A program made the translations under genes and the position numbers. From an uncultured Gammaproteobacteria bacterium (GTDB lineage: Bacteria; Pseudomonadota; Gammaproteobacteria; UBA9214): a DNA stretch of 18,110 bases. Where the stretch lies: contig CAVYZN010000025.1 of the NCBI GenBank assembly GCA_963773065.1, positions 1-18,110 of the forward strand, written 5' to 3'. The notes under the pieces were generated by a model that saw only the letters and a program-made list of their open reading frames with translations, did no database searches and was not told where the DNA came from. Within the stretch, counting starts at the first letter, position 1. Each line of letters opens with the position of its first letter. Positions 8,422-18,110 of the stretch are shown here, in pieces.

Positions 8422-9100
8422 GGTGCTGAACTGCTCCCATCTGGCGAAAAGCTATTCCGATGCCAACTCGACATTGCATGTGTTGCGGCAAATCGACTTG
8501 ACGGTCGGACAGGGGGAACAAATCGCCATAATGGGGGCCTCCGGCAGTGGTAAAAGCACCTTGTTGCACCTGCTCGGAGGGTTGGATACGCCGACCGCCG
8601 GTCAGATCCGCATCGACGGTACGCCGATCGAGCCTCTCAACGCCGTGCAACTGGGAAGGCTGCGTAATCGGGCGCTGGGTTTCATCTACCAGTTCCACCA
8701 TCTGCTGCCGGAATTCACCGCCCTGGAGAATGTGGCCATGCCCCTGCTGGTGCGCGGTGTATCCCCCGCGAAAGCCGCCGGCGAAGCGAGCCGCATACTG
8801 GACCGCGTGGGCCTGTCCGGTCGGTCGACGCACAAACCGGGCGAGCTGTCCGGCGGGGAGCGACAACGCGCGGCCGTTGCCCGTGCGCTGGTCACGCGTC
8901 CCCTCTGTGTTCTGGCGGATGAGCCGACCGGCAATCTGGATCGGAAAAATGCCGATCAGGTTTATGACCTGATGCTGGAGCTTAACAGGGAATTCTCAAT
9001 CAGCTATCTTGTGGCCACGCACGATCCGCAGATTGCGGCACGCATGGACCGCATATTGATACTCAATGACGGCTATATCGAGCAACAGTCAACCGGCTGA
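8414..9100 (+). CDS. lolD: Lipoprotein-releasing ABC transporter ATPase LolD
   Basis: Walker [50 protein letters not shown] 8414 overlaps the end of the permease gene. Confidence 0.96.
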   Translation: MSEVLNCSHLAKSYSDANSTLHVLRQIDLTVGQGEQIAIMGASGSGKSTLLHLLGGLDTPTAGQIRIDGTPIEPLNAVQLGRLRNRALGFIYQFHHLLPEFTALENVAMPLLVRGVSPAKAAGEASRILDRVGLSGRSTHKPGELSGGERQRAAVARALVTRPLCVLADEPTGNLDRKNADQVYDLMLELNREFSISYLVATHDPQIAARMDRILILNDGYIEQQSTG

Positions 9101-9176
9101 CAAGCGAGGAACACACTCACGGCGGTCCGTAACCCGATAGCGTTATTCAGGAGACTCACAATGTTCAGGGACGAAC

Positions 9177-11510
9177 ATGATCATCAGAACCTGCGTATTT
9201 CTCGCGGGTGTTCTTGCACTTCAATATCAGGCTGAACTCCCTCCCTGGTATTGTTATACCGGTGTATTCACCGTGCCTCTTGCGCTGCGCTGGCGCGTTG
9301 CACGGCTGCCCGCCATTTTTTTATTGGGTTTCTTCTGGGCGGCTTATCATGCCCAGATAATGCTCGATTGCGTCCTGGACGGTCGCCTCGAAGGCCGGAC
9401 GGTCCTGATTCAGGGGATCGTTGCGGATCTCCCCAGCAGTCTGTCACACCAGAGTGTCCGCTTCCTGTTGCACGCAGACCGGCTCGATGAAGGGGATGGC
9501 TGGAGTGATTTCGACAGGAAGATCCAGCTCAGTTGGTACCAGACTCAACAACTGCCGATGCTGGGTGAACGCTGGCAACTGGCGGTTCGGTTGAAACGAC
9601 CGCATGGCTATGCCAACCCGGGTAGTTACGATTATGAACGCTGGCTGCTCCAGCAAGGGATTTCCGCGACCGGCTATGTAAAGACCGATAAGCGCAACCA
9701 CCCGCTCGAAAGCCAGTCCTGGTCATTCATCGACGGGATGCGAAAATCTATTGCGGCCTACTTCAATTCCAGGGAGCACCCGCCGCCGGGGCTGGCCCTG
9801 ATACGCGCGCTGACCATCGGTGATGATGGCGCTATCGACCCCGTGCAATGGGATGTCCTGCGAGCGACGGGCACCACCCATTTGATGGTAATTTCGGGGT
9901 CGCATATCAGTCTTGTGGCCGGATTGGTTTTCTGGTTGACGAGATTCGTCTGGTCGCGGCTTGGCACCTGGCCGGAAACCGTCCCGGCCACTCGGGCCGC
10001 GGTGGTAATAGCCCTTTTATCGGCGACGTTTTACGCCTTTCTCGCCGGTCTGGGTATTCCGACCAGCCGGGCGCTGATCATGCTGGCCGTGGCCATGACG
10101 GCGGTGTTGGCGGATCGGCAATCACGTCCCGGCCATGTGCTCTGCCTCGCAGTGATCGCCACCCTGGCGATCGATCCGCTGGCGGTGCTATCCGCCAGTT
10201 GGTGGCTGTCGTTCTGGGCGGTGACCATGATTCTTTACACCACATCCAGCCGCCATGGAAGCGAAGGCGTTTGGCGCAAGATCGCCAGTATCCATATCGT
10301 CCTTGCCGTGAGCATGCTGCCCGTACTGCTGGTCTTTTTTCAGCAAGCATCCCTGGTTTCACCGCTGGCAAACATCGTTGCCGTACCCTGGGTGAACCTG
10401 CTGGTGGTGCCTATGGCCCTTATCGGAACGTTGCTGCTGTTCATCAATGCTACGGCGGGTGGGCTGCTGCTGAATCTGGCGACTTGGTTCATGGATACCT
10501 TGTGGCCCTTCCTGGCCTGGCTGGGGAAGCTGGATTTTACCCTCCTGCAGCAGCATCAGCCGCTGCCGTGGACACTGTTGCCGGCAACGGTTGGCACCCT
10601 CCTGCTGTTCGCCCCGCGCGGATTCCCCGGCAGGTGGCTCGGCCTGGTGTTGCTGCTGCCCCTGTTTGCGGCCAGGCCGCTTGCGCCCGCATTCGGTGAG
10701 GTCTGGGTGACCTTGCTTGATGTCGGACAAGGTTTGTCGACGGTGATACGAACCCGGGACCACACCCTGGTCTATGATGCCGGTCCAGCCTATAGCCCGG
10801 GTTTTGATACCGGCAGTGCCGTTGTGGTTCCCTACCTGCGCAGCCAGGGGGTGGGGCGGATTGATAAACTGATTGTCAGTCACGGGGATAACGATCATAT
10901 CGGTGGCGTTCCCTCGGTGTTGAAAGCATTGCCTGTTGTCGATCTCATTGCCGGCATCCCGGAACTCCTGACGATGCGCGCGGCCCGCCAGTGCCGCCGG
11001 GGTGACCGATGGCGGTGGGAGGGGGTTGCATTTTCCGTGCTGCATCCGGATGCGCGCAGTTACCGGCACGGGAATAATGCCTCCTGTGTCGTTCGGGTCG
11101 AGACAGAGGGAGGCCGGCGTATCCTGCTGACCGGTGACATCGAAGCGGATTCGGAACGGATCCTGCTGCGCGAATTACGTGATCGATTGCCTGCGGATGT
11201 GCTGATCGTGCCGCATCACGGCAGTCTGACCTCATCTTCGCCTGCGTTTGTTGAAGCCGTCAGTCCCGGCTATGCGCTGTTTCCGACGGGATACCGGAAT
11301 CGTTACCGCTTGCCACGCAGCGAGGTGGTCGAGCGCTACCGGCGGGCCGGTTCGGTGCTGCTCGACACCGCCCCGCACGGTGCGATAACCGTGAAGCTGC
11401 GATCGGGTGGCCTGCCACCGGAAGCGGTATCGTATCGTTGCAAGTATCCGCGTTACTGGCGCGCCGTTACCTGCGCCACCAAGAACCGGTTTGGCTGCTG
11501 CGATAAATAA
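9177..11510 (+). CDS. comEC: DNA internalization competence protein ComEC/Rec2
   Basis: PHGYANPG, TGTTHLMVISGSHI competence domain, LDVGQG, SHGDNDHIGG metallo-beta-lactamase fold, LTGDIE, VPHHGS. Confidence 0.95.
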   Translation: MIIRTCVFLAGVLALQYQAELPPWYCYTGVFTVPLALRWRVARLPAIFLLGFFWAAYHAQIMLDCVLDGRLEGRTVLIQGIVADLPSSLSHQSVRFLLHADRLDEGDGWSDFDRKIQLSWYQTQQLPMLGERWQLAVRLKRPHGYANPGSYDYERWLLQQGISATGYVKTDKRNHPLESQSWSFIDGMRKSIAAYFNSREHPPPGLALIRALTIGDDGAIDPVQWDVLRATGTTHLMVISGSHISLVAGLVFWLTRFVWSRLGTWPETVPATRAAVVIALLSATFYAFLAGLGIPTSRALIMLAVAMTAVLADRQSRPGHVLCLAVIATLAIDPLAVLSASWWLSFWAVTMILYTTSSRHGSEGVWRKIASIHIVLAVSMLPVLLVFFQQASLVSPLANIVAVPWVNLLVVPMALIGTLLLFINATAGGLLLNLATWFMDTLWPFLAWLGKLDFTLLQQHQPLPWTLLPATVGTLLLFAPRGFPGRWLGLVLLLPLFAARPLAPAFGEVWVTLLDVGQGLSTVIRTRDHTLVYDAGPAYSPGFDTGSAVVVPYLRSQGVGRIDKLIVSHGDNDHIGGVPSVLKALPVVDLIAGIPELLTMRAARQCRRGDRWRWEGVAFSVLHPDARSYRHGNNASCVVRVETEGGRRILLTGDIEADSERILLRELRDRLPADVLIVPHHGSLTSSSPAFVEAVSPGYALFPTGYRNRYRLPRSEVVERYRRAGSVLLDTAPHGAITVKLRSGGLPPEAVSYRCKYPRYWRAVTCATKNRFGCCDK

Positions 11511-11552
11511 CGTATTATCCGCACTACAGACTCACGGTGGATCGATCGACAT

Positions 11553-12554
11553 ATGAACCGCCTGGAATATTACTGGTATCGACGCAGTCCGTGGCTGGTT
11601 TTGCTGCTACCGGTAGCAACGGTCTATTGCATGTTTATCCGGCTGCGCCGCGTTCTTTACCGGGCAGGGTGGCTGGCGAGGCATAAGATGCCTGTGCCGG
11701 TTGTGATGGTTGGCAACCTCACCGTTGGCGGCACCGGCAAGACGCCGCTGGTTGCGTGGCTGGTCAGCTTCTTGAAGGAATCCGGCTACCGGCCGGGGGT
11801 GATTGCGCGCGGCTACAAGGGCAGGGCGAGGCACTGGCCGCAGCAGGTGCGTGCCGACAGCGATCCCTCGGCCGTGGGAGATGAGGCTGTCCTCCTCGCC
11901 GGTCGCTGTGGATGCCCGATGGCGGTCGCGCCGGACCGTGTTGCCGCAGCACGGGCATTGCTGGAGCATAGCGATTGCGACCTGATCGTGTGTGATGATG
12001 GCCTGCAGCATTATGCCCTCAAGCGGGATATCGAGATCGCGGTTATTGATGGCGCCAGGCGTATCGGTAACGGTTTCTGCTTGCCGGCCGGGCCCTTGCG
12101 TGAACCGTCCGGGCGTTTGGCGGAAGTCGACCTGGTGGTCGTGAATGGATTGGGCAGGCGTGGCGAGTACCCGATGAAGATGCGCGCGGGCCGGGTGATC
12201 AACCTCGATCAGAAGCTCGGATCCAGAGACCTAAGCAGTTTCGCGCGGCAGTCGGTGCATGCCGTCGCCGGGATCGGCAATCCGGAGCGTTTTTTCGCCC
12301 GCCTCAGACAGGCGGGCATGCTGCTGGAAGAACATGTATTTCCCGATCACCATGCCTATACGGCGGCAAATCTGGATTTCGGTGACGACAGGCCGGTCAT
12401 GATGACGGAGAAAGATGCGGTGAAATGCCGTAATCTCTGCCTTACTAACGCCTGGTATGTTCCGGTTACAATTGAGATGACGGCGGAGTTCGGGGCCAGG
12501 GTGCTGGACCTGCTCGACCGAAGCGGGAAGAACGCCCTTGCGGTTGCTTCGTGA
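11553..12554 (+). CDS. lpxK: Tetraacyldisaccharide 4'-kinase
   Basis: VGNLTVGGTGKTP, RGYKG, GDE, DDGLQHY, LPAGPLRE, AGIGNPERFF, FPDHH, MTEKDAVKC. Confidence 0.97.
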   Translation: MNRLEYYWYRRSPWLVLLLPVATVYCMFIRLRRVLYRAGWLARHKMPVPVVMVGNLTVGGTGKTPLVAWLVSFLKESGYRPGVIARGYKGRARHWPQQVRADSDPSAVGDEAVLLAGRCGCPMAVAPDRVAAARALLEHSDCDLIVCDDGLQHYALKRDIEIAVIDGARRIGNGFCLPAGPLREPSGRLAEVDLVVVNGLGRRGEYPMKMRAGRVINLDQKLGSRDLSSFARQSVHAVAGIGNPERFFARLRQAGMLLEEHVFPDHHAYTAANLDFGDDRPVMMTEKDAVKCRNLCLTNAWYVPVTIEMTAEFGARVLDLLDRSGKNALAVAS

Positions 12555-12579
12555 TATCGATGAAGGATGGAAATGAGCG

Positions 12580-12759
12580 ATGGATAAAAAATTACTCGAG
12601 ATTCTTGCCTGCCCTGTATGCAAGGGGCCGCTGGTCTACCGTGAGAAGGCAGGGGAACTGATCTGCAAGGTGGACCGCCTGGCCTATCCGGTAAGGGATG
12701 ATATTCCCGTCATGTTGGAGGATGAGGCGCGCAAGTTGCGCGCGGAAGAAGAGGTTTGA
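12580..12759 (+). CDS. ycaR: Trm112-family protein YcaR (59 aa, below the ORF track cut-off)
   Basis: Hand translation [59 protein letters not shown]; canonical position between lpxK and kdsB. Confidence 0.93.
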   Translation: MDKKLLEILACPVCKGPLVYREKAGELICKVDRLAYPVRDDIPVMLEDEARKLRAEEEV

Positions 12760-12918
12760 GTTCCTCACGCCTGCTTCCGAACGCAGGAGAGGCGGGCAGG
12801 CAGGTATCACGCTTCCGACCGATCTGCCTCAAACCCTCATGAGGGAATATTGCAGGCGATATTCTGTGGATTTGATCGCTCTCCCGCTTAACCGCCCATG
12901 GCAAGTGCAGACACGGAT

Positions 12919-13683
12919 ATGACCACAGCGTTTAAGATCGTAATCCCCGCGCGTTATGCCTCGACGCGGCTGCCCGGCAAACCATTGCGCCTGCTCGCAG
13001 GCAAGCCCATGTTGCAGCATGTCCACGAACGCGCCCGGGCGAGCAGTGCGCAACACATCGTCATCGCGACCGATGACCAGCGCATAGCGGCGGCGGCGGC
13101 TGGTTTTGGCGCCGATGTCTGCATGACATCAACGGCACATGCCTCGGGCACCGAGCGGCTGGCCGAAGTCTCGGCGACGCGTGGATGGGATGATGAGGCC
13201 ATTATCGTCAACCTGCAGGGCGACGAGCCCTTGATGCCACCCGTGCTGATTGACCAGGTGGCCGCCGATCTTGCCACCCATCAATCCGCCTCCATTACTA
13301 CCCTTGCCTATCCCTTGAAGACATCGGAGAACAAAATCGATCCGCATATCGTCAAGGTGGTGCTCGATCGCGATGGCTATGCGCTGTATTTCAGCCGTGC
13401 TCCGATCCCCTGGCATCGTGATCCGCCAGAAACGGGTTCCGGCATACCGGGCGGGTATCCCCTGCTGCACCACATCGGCCTCTACGCCTACCGGGCCCGT
13501 TTCCTGCGTCATTACAGCCGGCTGGAACCCTCACCACTGGAGAATTTCGAGAAACTCGAACAGCTGCGCGCGCTCTGGCATGGCCTGAAAATACACGTCC
13601 GCATCGCCGAGGCAATACCTGCTCCTGGGGTCGATACCGAGGCGGACTTGGCAAGGGTTGAGCGGGTCTTGTCAGCGAGATGA
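12919..13683 (+). CDS. kdsB: 3-deoxy-manno-octulosonate cytidylyltransferase
   Basis: IPARYASTRLPGKPL, SGTERL, VNLQGDEP, ALYFSRAPIP, HIGLYAYR, EKLEQLRAL, GVDT. Start at 12919 (alternative 12898). Confidence 0.97.
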   Translation: MTTAFKIVIPARYASTRLPGKPLRLLAGKPMLQHVHERARASSAQHIVIATDDQRIAAAAAGFGADVCMTSTAHASGTERLAEVSATRGWDDEAIIVNLQGDEPLMPPVLIDQVAADLATHQSASITTLAYPLKTSENKIDPHIVKVVLDRDGYALYFSRAPIPWHRDPPETGSGIPGGYPLLHHIGLYAYRARFLRHYSRLEPSPLENFEKLEQLRALWHGLKIHVRIAEAIPAPGVDTEADLARVERVLSAR

Positions 13684-13720
13684 TAGAGTCGGTGGCTAAT
13701 CGAGCGTGGAGTATGTTCTG

Positions 13721-14197
13721 ATGGTCAGGGTCTTGTTCGTGTGCATGGGCAATATCTGCCGTTCACCCACGGCTCAGGGCGTGTTTGAGTATCTGGTCGA
13801 GCGTCAGGGCTTATCATCGCTGATCCGGATCGATTCGGCGGGAACGCATGCCTACCATATCGGCGAACAACCGGATGAACGGGCCGCGCAAGCCGCCATG
13901 CGGCGCGGGATCGATCTCTGCAAACAGCGCGCCCGCAGGGTCACCGAAAATGATTTTCTGCTATTCGACTATGTGCTGGCGATGGACCGGAGGAATTATG
14001 AAGACCTGTTGGCATTCTGCCCGCCCGCCCATCGGCCCAAGCTGCGGCTGTTCCTGGAATTTGCTCCCGAACTTGCCGAGGATGAGGTACCAGACCCTTA
14101 TTATGGCGGGGCAACCGGTTTTGAACGAGTGCTGGATCTGATTGAACGGGCTGCCGAGGGCTTGCTGGCGGAAATCCGCCAACAACATCGTCTGTGA
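13721..14197 (+). CDS. ptpA: Low-molecular-weight protein tyrosine phosphatase
   Basis: VLFVCMGNICRSP P-loop, DSAGT, VPDPYYG; GGAG at 13708-13711. Confidence 0.94.
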   Translation: MVRVLFVCMGNICRSPTAQGVFEYLVERQGLSSLIRIDSAGTHAYHIGEQPDERAAQAAMRRGIDLCKQRARRVTENDFLLFDYVLAMDRRNYEDLLAFCPPAHRPKLRLFLEFAPELAEDEVPDPYYGGATGFERVLDLIERAAEGLLAEIRQQHRL

Positions 14198-14224
14198 AGC
14201 CGGGTCAGCAGAGTGGAGCCTCTG

Positions 14225-16689
14225 TTATGGGGATGCTTTATCGATTTTGACCTCCGCCTTTTCAGCCGCATAGGCCTGGGCGGGAGGGCCGTCCGAAGAT
14301 TTTCTCTCCGCTTCCGCCATGGTAGAGCCGGCTGCCGGTGCAGGGGCATCCGCCTTCTTCTGGGCCGATACACTGCCGTCCTTTGCCGGTGGCGGGTTTG
14401 GACTGCCCGTCGCCGAAGCCTGTTTCTCCGTGGCATGCGGGGCGCTCCGGCCATGTTCGTCTGTAGGCGGTGACAAAGTAGCAGGCGGTGCAGTGTGTGC
14501 GTCCGTGTTTGTAGTACCGCCGCCGGTGCTCTCACCAGCATCGGTACGTTGTGCAGCGGATGCGCGTTCCGGTGGGTTGTCGTTATTGCGTTTCTGGCCG
14601 GATGGTCTGTGTCGTCCACTGCGGCGCCCGCGCCGGGATGGGCCGCGTCCCTGGCTACGTTGCATGCGGCCACTCTCCGGCAATGAACCGGAGTGGTCAT
14701 CCGCTGAATCCGGTGTTACCGGCATGTCATTTTGTTCTTGTTCCGCTACGGCGGGTTGTATCCTCTCTTCCTTGGGTGCGGTCTCATGGCGTGGTGGCTG
14801 GTCCGTCGATGCCTGGCGATTCTGGTTGCCGCCGCGTCTTCTTCCCCGGGGCTGACCACCACGACCCGTGCCGCCCCGCGGGTGACTGCCCTTGCCATGC
14901 TCGCGTGGTTGCGGGCTGCGGCGACTGGTTGACTGTTCCACGGGTTGGCTGGCCGGCCGCTCGGGCGTTTCGCCGGCCCCGAACAGGCTGGAAATTAGCC
15001 GATTGAATAGTCCCGGTTTTTTCACTTTCTCGGGTATCTTGTCGTCGGCAGTCTCGACGAATATGTGTTCCGGTGCGGGCGTGGACGGCGCGACCGCCTT
15101 CACGGCAGGGGCCTCCAACCCCATTGGCATGGCCGAGGTCATGGCCGCCTGTATAGCTTCCGCTTCAGGCTCCTCGTGAACCATTTGGTAGCTCCGCTCG
15201 GCCGTATGCCGCGCAATTCCTCGCCGCGTACCCGCTGGATGTCGTAATTCGGCGTCTCCAGCGCGGGTGAGGGAATCAGCATTACCGAGACGCCATGACG
15301 TCATTCGAGACTCAACAACAATTCGCGCTTTTCATTCAGCAAATAAGTGCCCACATCGACAGGCACCCGCGCCACGACGCGACCGTGCTCTCCTTCATGG
15401 CCTCTTCTTCGATGATACGCAACACGGAAAGCGACAGGGATTCGACACCCCGTATCGTCCCCCGACCGGCACAGCGCGGGCAGGCGATCTGGCTTGATTC
15501 GCCCAGCGAGGGCGTAATCGTTGTCATGACATCTCCAGCAGGCCAAAACGCGAGATTCGTCCGATCTGGACACGGGCCCGATCCATATTGAGCGCATCGC
15601 GTAATCGGTTTTCAACCTCCCGATGGTGGCGCGGCGGCTGCATGTCGATGAAGTCAATCACGATCAGACCGCCGAGATCGCGGATACGCAGTTGGCGGGC
15701 AATTTCATCGGCCGCTTCAAGGTTGGTGTTCAGCGCGGTTTCCTCGATATCGCTGCCTTTGGTCGCGCGTGCCGAGTTGATATCGATGGAGAGCAGGGCT
15801 TCGGTGTGATCGATGACGATGGCGCCACCGGAGGGCAGCGAGACTTCACGCTGGAAGGCTGATTCGATCTGGGACTCGATCTGAAAGCGGCTGAAGAGCG
15901 GTATCTTGTCCTGGTACAACTTGAGCTTGCTCAGGTTATGCGGCATGACCTGCTGCATGAATTCCTTTGCTTTTTCGAAAACATCCTGGCTGTCAACCAG
16001 GATTTCCGTGATGTCCTTGCGCAGGTAGTCGCGCAGTGCGCGAATAATGACATTGCTTTCCTGATAGATGAGGAACGGCGCCGGCTTTTCAAGGGAAGCC
16101 TTGATGATGGCATCCCACAGCGTGATCAGGTAATCGAGATCCCACTGGAGTTCCTCGGCGCTGCGGTCGACGCCGGCGGTACGCACGATGATGCCCATGT
16201 CCTCGGGGATGTTGAGTGCGCTCATGGCATCGCGAGAACGTTGCGCTCATCGCCCTGGATGCGTCTGGACACGCCGCCGGCGCGAGGATTGTTAGGCATC
16301 AGGACGAGGTAACGACCGGCCAGACTGATGAAGGTGGTGAGTGCGGCGCCCTTGGTGCCGCGTTCTTCCTTCTCGACCTGGACAATCAGATCCTGTCCTT
16401 CCTTGAGGGCATCCTTGATGCTCTGTCGGCCGCCGCCTTCTTTGGCAGCTTCGGAAAAATAGTTGCGTGAAATATCCTTTAACGGGAGAAATCCATGGCG
16501 CTCGGCCCCGTAATCGATGAAAGCCGCTTCCAGGCTGGGCTCGATGCGGGTGATTTTGCCTTTATATACGTTGGATTTTTTTTGTCCCCGTGAAGGTATT
16601 TCGATATCAAGGTCGTAGAGTTTCTGGCCATCTACCAGGGCCACGCGCAACTCTTCGGGTTGGGTGGTGTTGATGAGCATTCTTTTCAT
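14225..16689 (-). CDS. rne: Ribonuclease E (~822 aa after repair; four 1-nt deletions and two in-frame TGA, probably sequence errors)
   Basis: [29 protein letters not shown]1 domain, [32 protein letters not shown], Zn-link CPRC.G.G, amphipathic membrane segment [13 protein letters not shown], Arg-rich disordered C-terminus. Five ORF pieces, each offset by a single missing base. Confidence 0.93.
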
Positions 16690-17008
16690 GTGTTATGTCT
16701 CTCGCGCGCTCGACCGTTTCCTGTGCAGCGCAAGGCAGCCGGCAAGCCAAGTCACCTGTCCGCCAGGCAAACACGGACGAGCCGATGTTTGTCAGGCAGA
16801 CACTGAAATGGCAAATGACAGCAAAAAGGCTGTAGTGCGTTGTATTAATCACGGGAGCGCTGGTTGTGTGTCAATAAAGGTCCAAAATCAGCTGCTTGCT
16901 GAAACTGCTGAAAAAACGGTTTATGCGAATAACGCCTTCATCAGCAGGAAATTCGTGTCCTGACGTGAATTGCCCACCATCCATCGATGGCGGCAAAGAC
17001 CACGTCGT
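16690..17008 (-). promoter_or_regulatory. Long rne 5' leader (likely autoregulatory UTR)
   Basis: ~320 nt between the predicted promoter and the rne ATG, with inverted repeats (e.g. ctgctga...tcagcag, cagga...tcctg). Long structured rne leaders are known in gammaproteobacteria; function here is inferred. Confidence 0.5.
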
Positions 17009-17014
17009 GGCGCG

Positions 17015-17043
17015 ACTATATCAACCTTGTCCTGTCCTAGCAA
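17015..17043 (-). promoter_or_regulatory. Sigma70-type promoter for rne
   Basis: Minus strand TTGCTA-17 nt-TATAGT, with extended -10 TG. Confidence 0.6.
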
Positions 17044-17117
17044 ACGAAGGCACTGAATGTTATGTGAATTTGAAGGTACAATGCCGGAGCTTCCACTCAC
17101 ACCTGGCAAATCCGGCA

Positions 17118-18088
17118 ATGGGTTCCAGCGCTCACCAATTACAGACAGAGGTTAGACTCGTCACTGTCGCCCAGGATGAAGCCGGGCAGCGCATAGACAA
17201 TTTTTTGGCGCGCTGCCTGAAGGGTGTGCCGTCGAGCCATATCTATCGCATCCTGCGGCGCGGCGAAGTGCGGGTCAACAGCAGTCGAATACGTGCCCAG
17301 TACAAGCTGAAGGCGGGAGATAAGGTGCGCATTCCTCCCGTACGCGTGACGCCGGAGAGGGCGAAAGCCACTCCGGCAAAAAGGTTGCTGGCGATCGAGG
17401 ACCATATCCTTTTTGAGAATACACACCTCCTGGTAATCGACAAGCCCGCCGGGGTTGCCGTGCATGGCGGGAGCGGCATCAGTCACGGTATCATCGAGGC
17501 GCTGCGCGCCGTTCGCCCGGATGCACCCTTCCTGGAACTGGTTCACCGGCTCGATCGGGAAACCTCGGGTTGCCTGATCGTCGCGAAGCGACGCAGCGCG
17601 TTGCGTGCCCTGCACGAGCAATTGCGCGCGGGTACGATGAACAAGCGCTATCTGGCGCTTGTGCGGGGCCGCGGCAAGGCGGTTCGCGCGCCGTCACGGC
17701 GGCGCTGAGGAAGAACCGGTTGCAGAGGCAGCGAACAGATCATCAAGGTGGAGCAGCTAGGCGAGGAGCAGTGACGTTCTCCACCCGATACACCACCGCC
17801 GCCGAGGCTACGTCGATGGGAGGTGGGAACAGACAAAACCCCATCAGATCCATGTGCATGCCACGTATATAGGCCATCCTTTCACCGTGACCGAGAAATA
17901 CGGTGATGATCAGCTTAACCGCCACATGAAAGGTTATCTGGCTTCAGCATTTCTCCTCCACACCCACAGGATGAATTTCCCGAATTCCGGGAGCGGTGAG
18001 ATCGTCGATGTCAGTACGCCTCTCGGGTCAGGACCTGAAACAGGTGCTCGATGCGCTGGATAATGCCGCCTTGCCATCCCATGACTGA
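17118..18088 (+). CDS. rluC: 23S rRNA pseudouridine synthase RluC (3' third garbled by indels)
   Basis: GQRIDNFL, IYRILRRGEVRVN (S4), DKPAGVAVHGGSG, HRLDRETSG catalytic Asp. After ~17670 the motifs HQI.VHA..IGHP, EKYG and LH appear in shifting frames. Divergent from rne as usual. Confidence 0.9.
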
Positions 18089-18110
18089 TACGGTCGAATT
18101 CTTTTCCGGG

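Noticed and set aside
15301-15526. TGA recoding or readthrough in rne
   Set aside because: TGA is the true stop of lolC, lolD, lpxK, ycaR, kdsB and ptpA here, and the gene also has frameshifts.
7126-15657. Long alternative-frame and antisense ORFs (e.g. 7681-8310, 9848-10699, 10359-11069, 14101-14700)
   Set aside because: Shadow ORFs of GC-rich genuine genes, with no recognisable motifs.
16896-17117. N-terminal extension of rluC in the ORF track
   Set aside because: It overlaps the rne promoter and leader, and RluC similarity begins only after ATG 17118.
18081-18110. Possible start of the next gene (MTDTVEFFSG) overlapping the rluC stop
   Set aside because: Only 10 codons, in low-quality sequence.
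1-18110. CRISPR arrays, tRNA/rRNA, IS or integrase genes
   Set aside because: No regularly spaced repeats, cloverleaf or transposase/recombinase motifs seen.

Overview
Gammaproteobacterial chromosomal window with two parts. (1) 1-7120 is a c-di-GMP 'Lap' adhesin locus that looks lower in GC by eye. The minus strand carries lapG and lapD, followed directly by a 5'-truncated, nonsense-interrupted HlyD/LapC fragment. The divergent plus strand carries a stand-alone VpsT/CsgD-like receiver domain with no DNA-binding HTH, then a small (~984 aa, one frameshift) LapA-type RTX adhesin. The adhesin has an unusual tandem duplication of the N-terminal retention domain, a PAAG LapG site, two Calx-beta-like units, an unrecognised domain and RTX repeats. 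A shared 20-bp box with an ACTTAAGT core lies upstream of both plus-strand genes. (2) 7174-18110 is housekeeping: lolC/E-lolD-comEC-lpxK-ycaR-kdsB-ptpA (no msbA), convergent rne and divergent rluC. rne and rluC carry many single-base lesions that become denser toward the right end, most likely sequencing error. The best novelty candidate is the HTH-less VpsT-like protein plus the shared operator and the double-retention-module adhesin. All calls are by eye; no searches were run.
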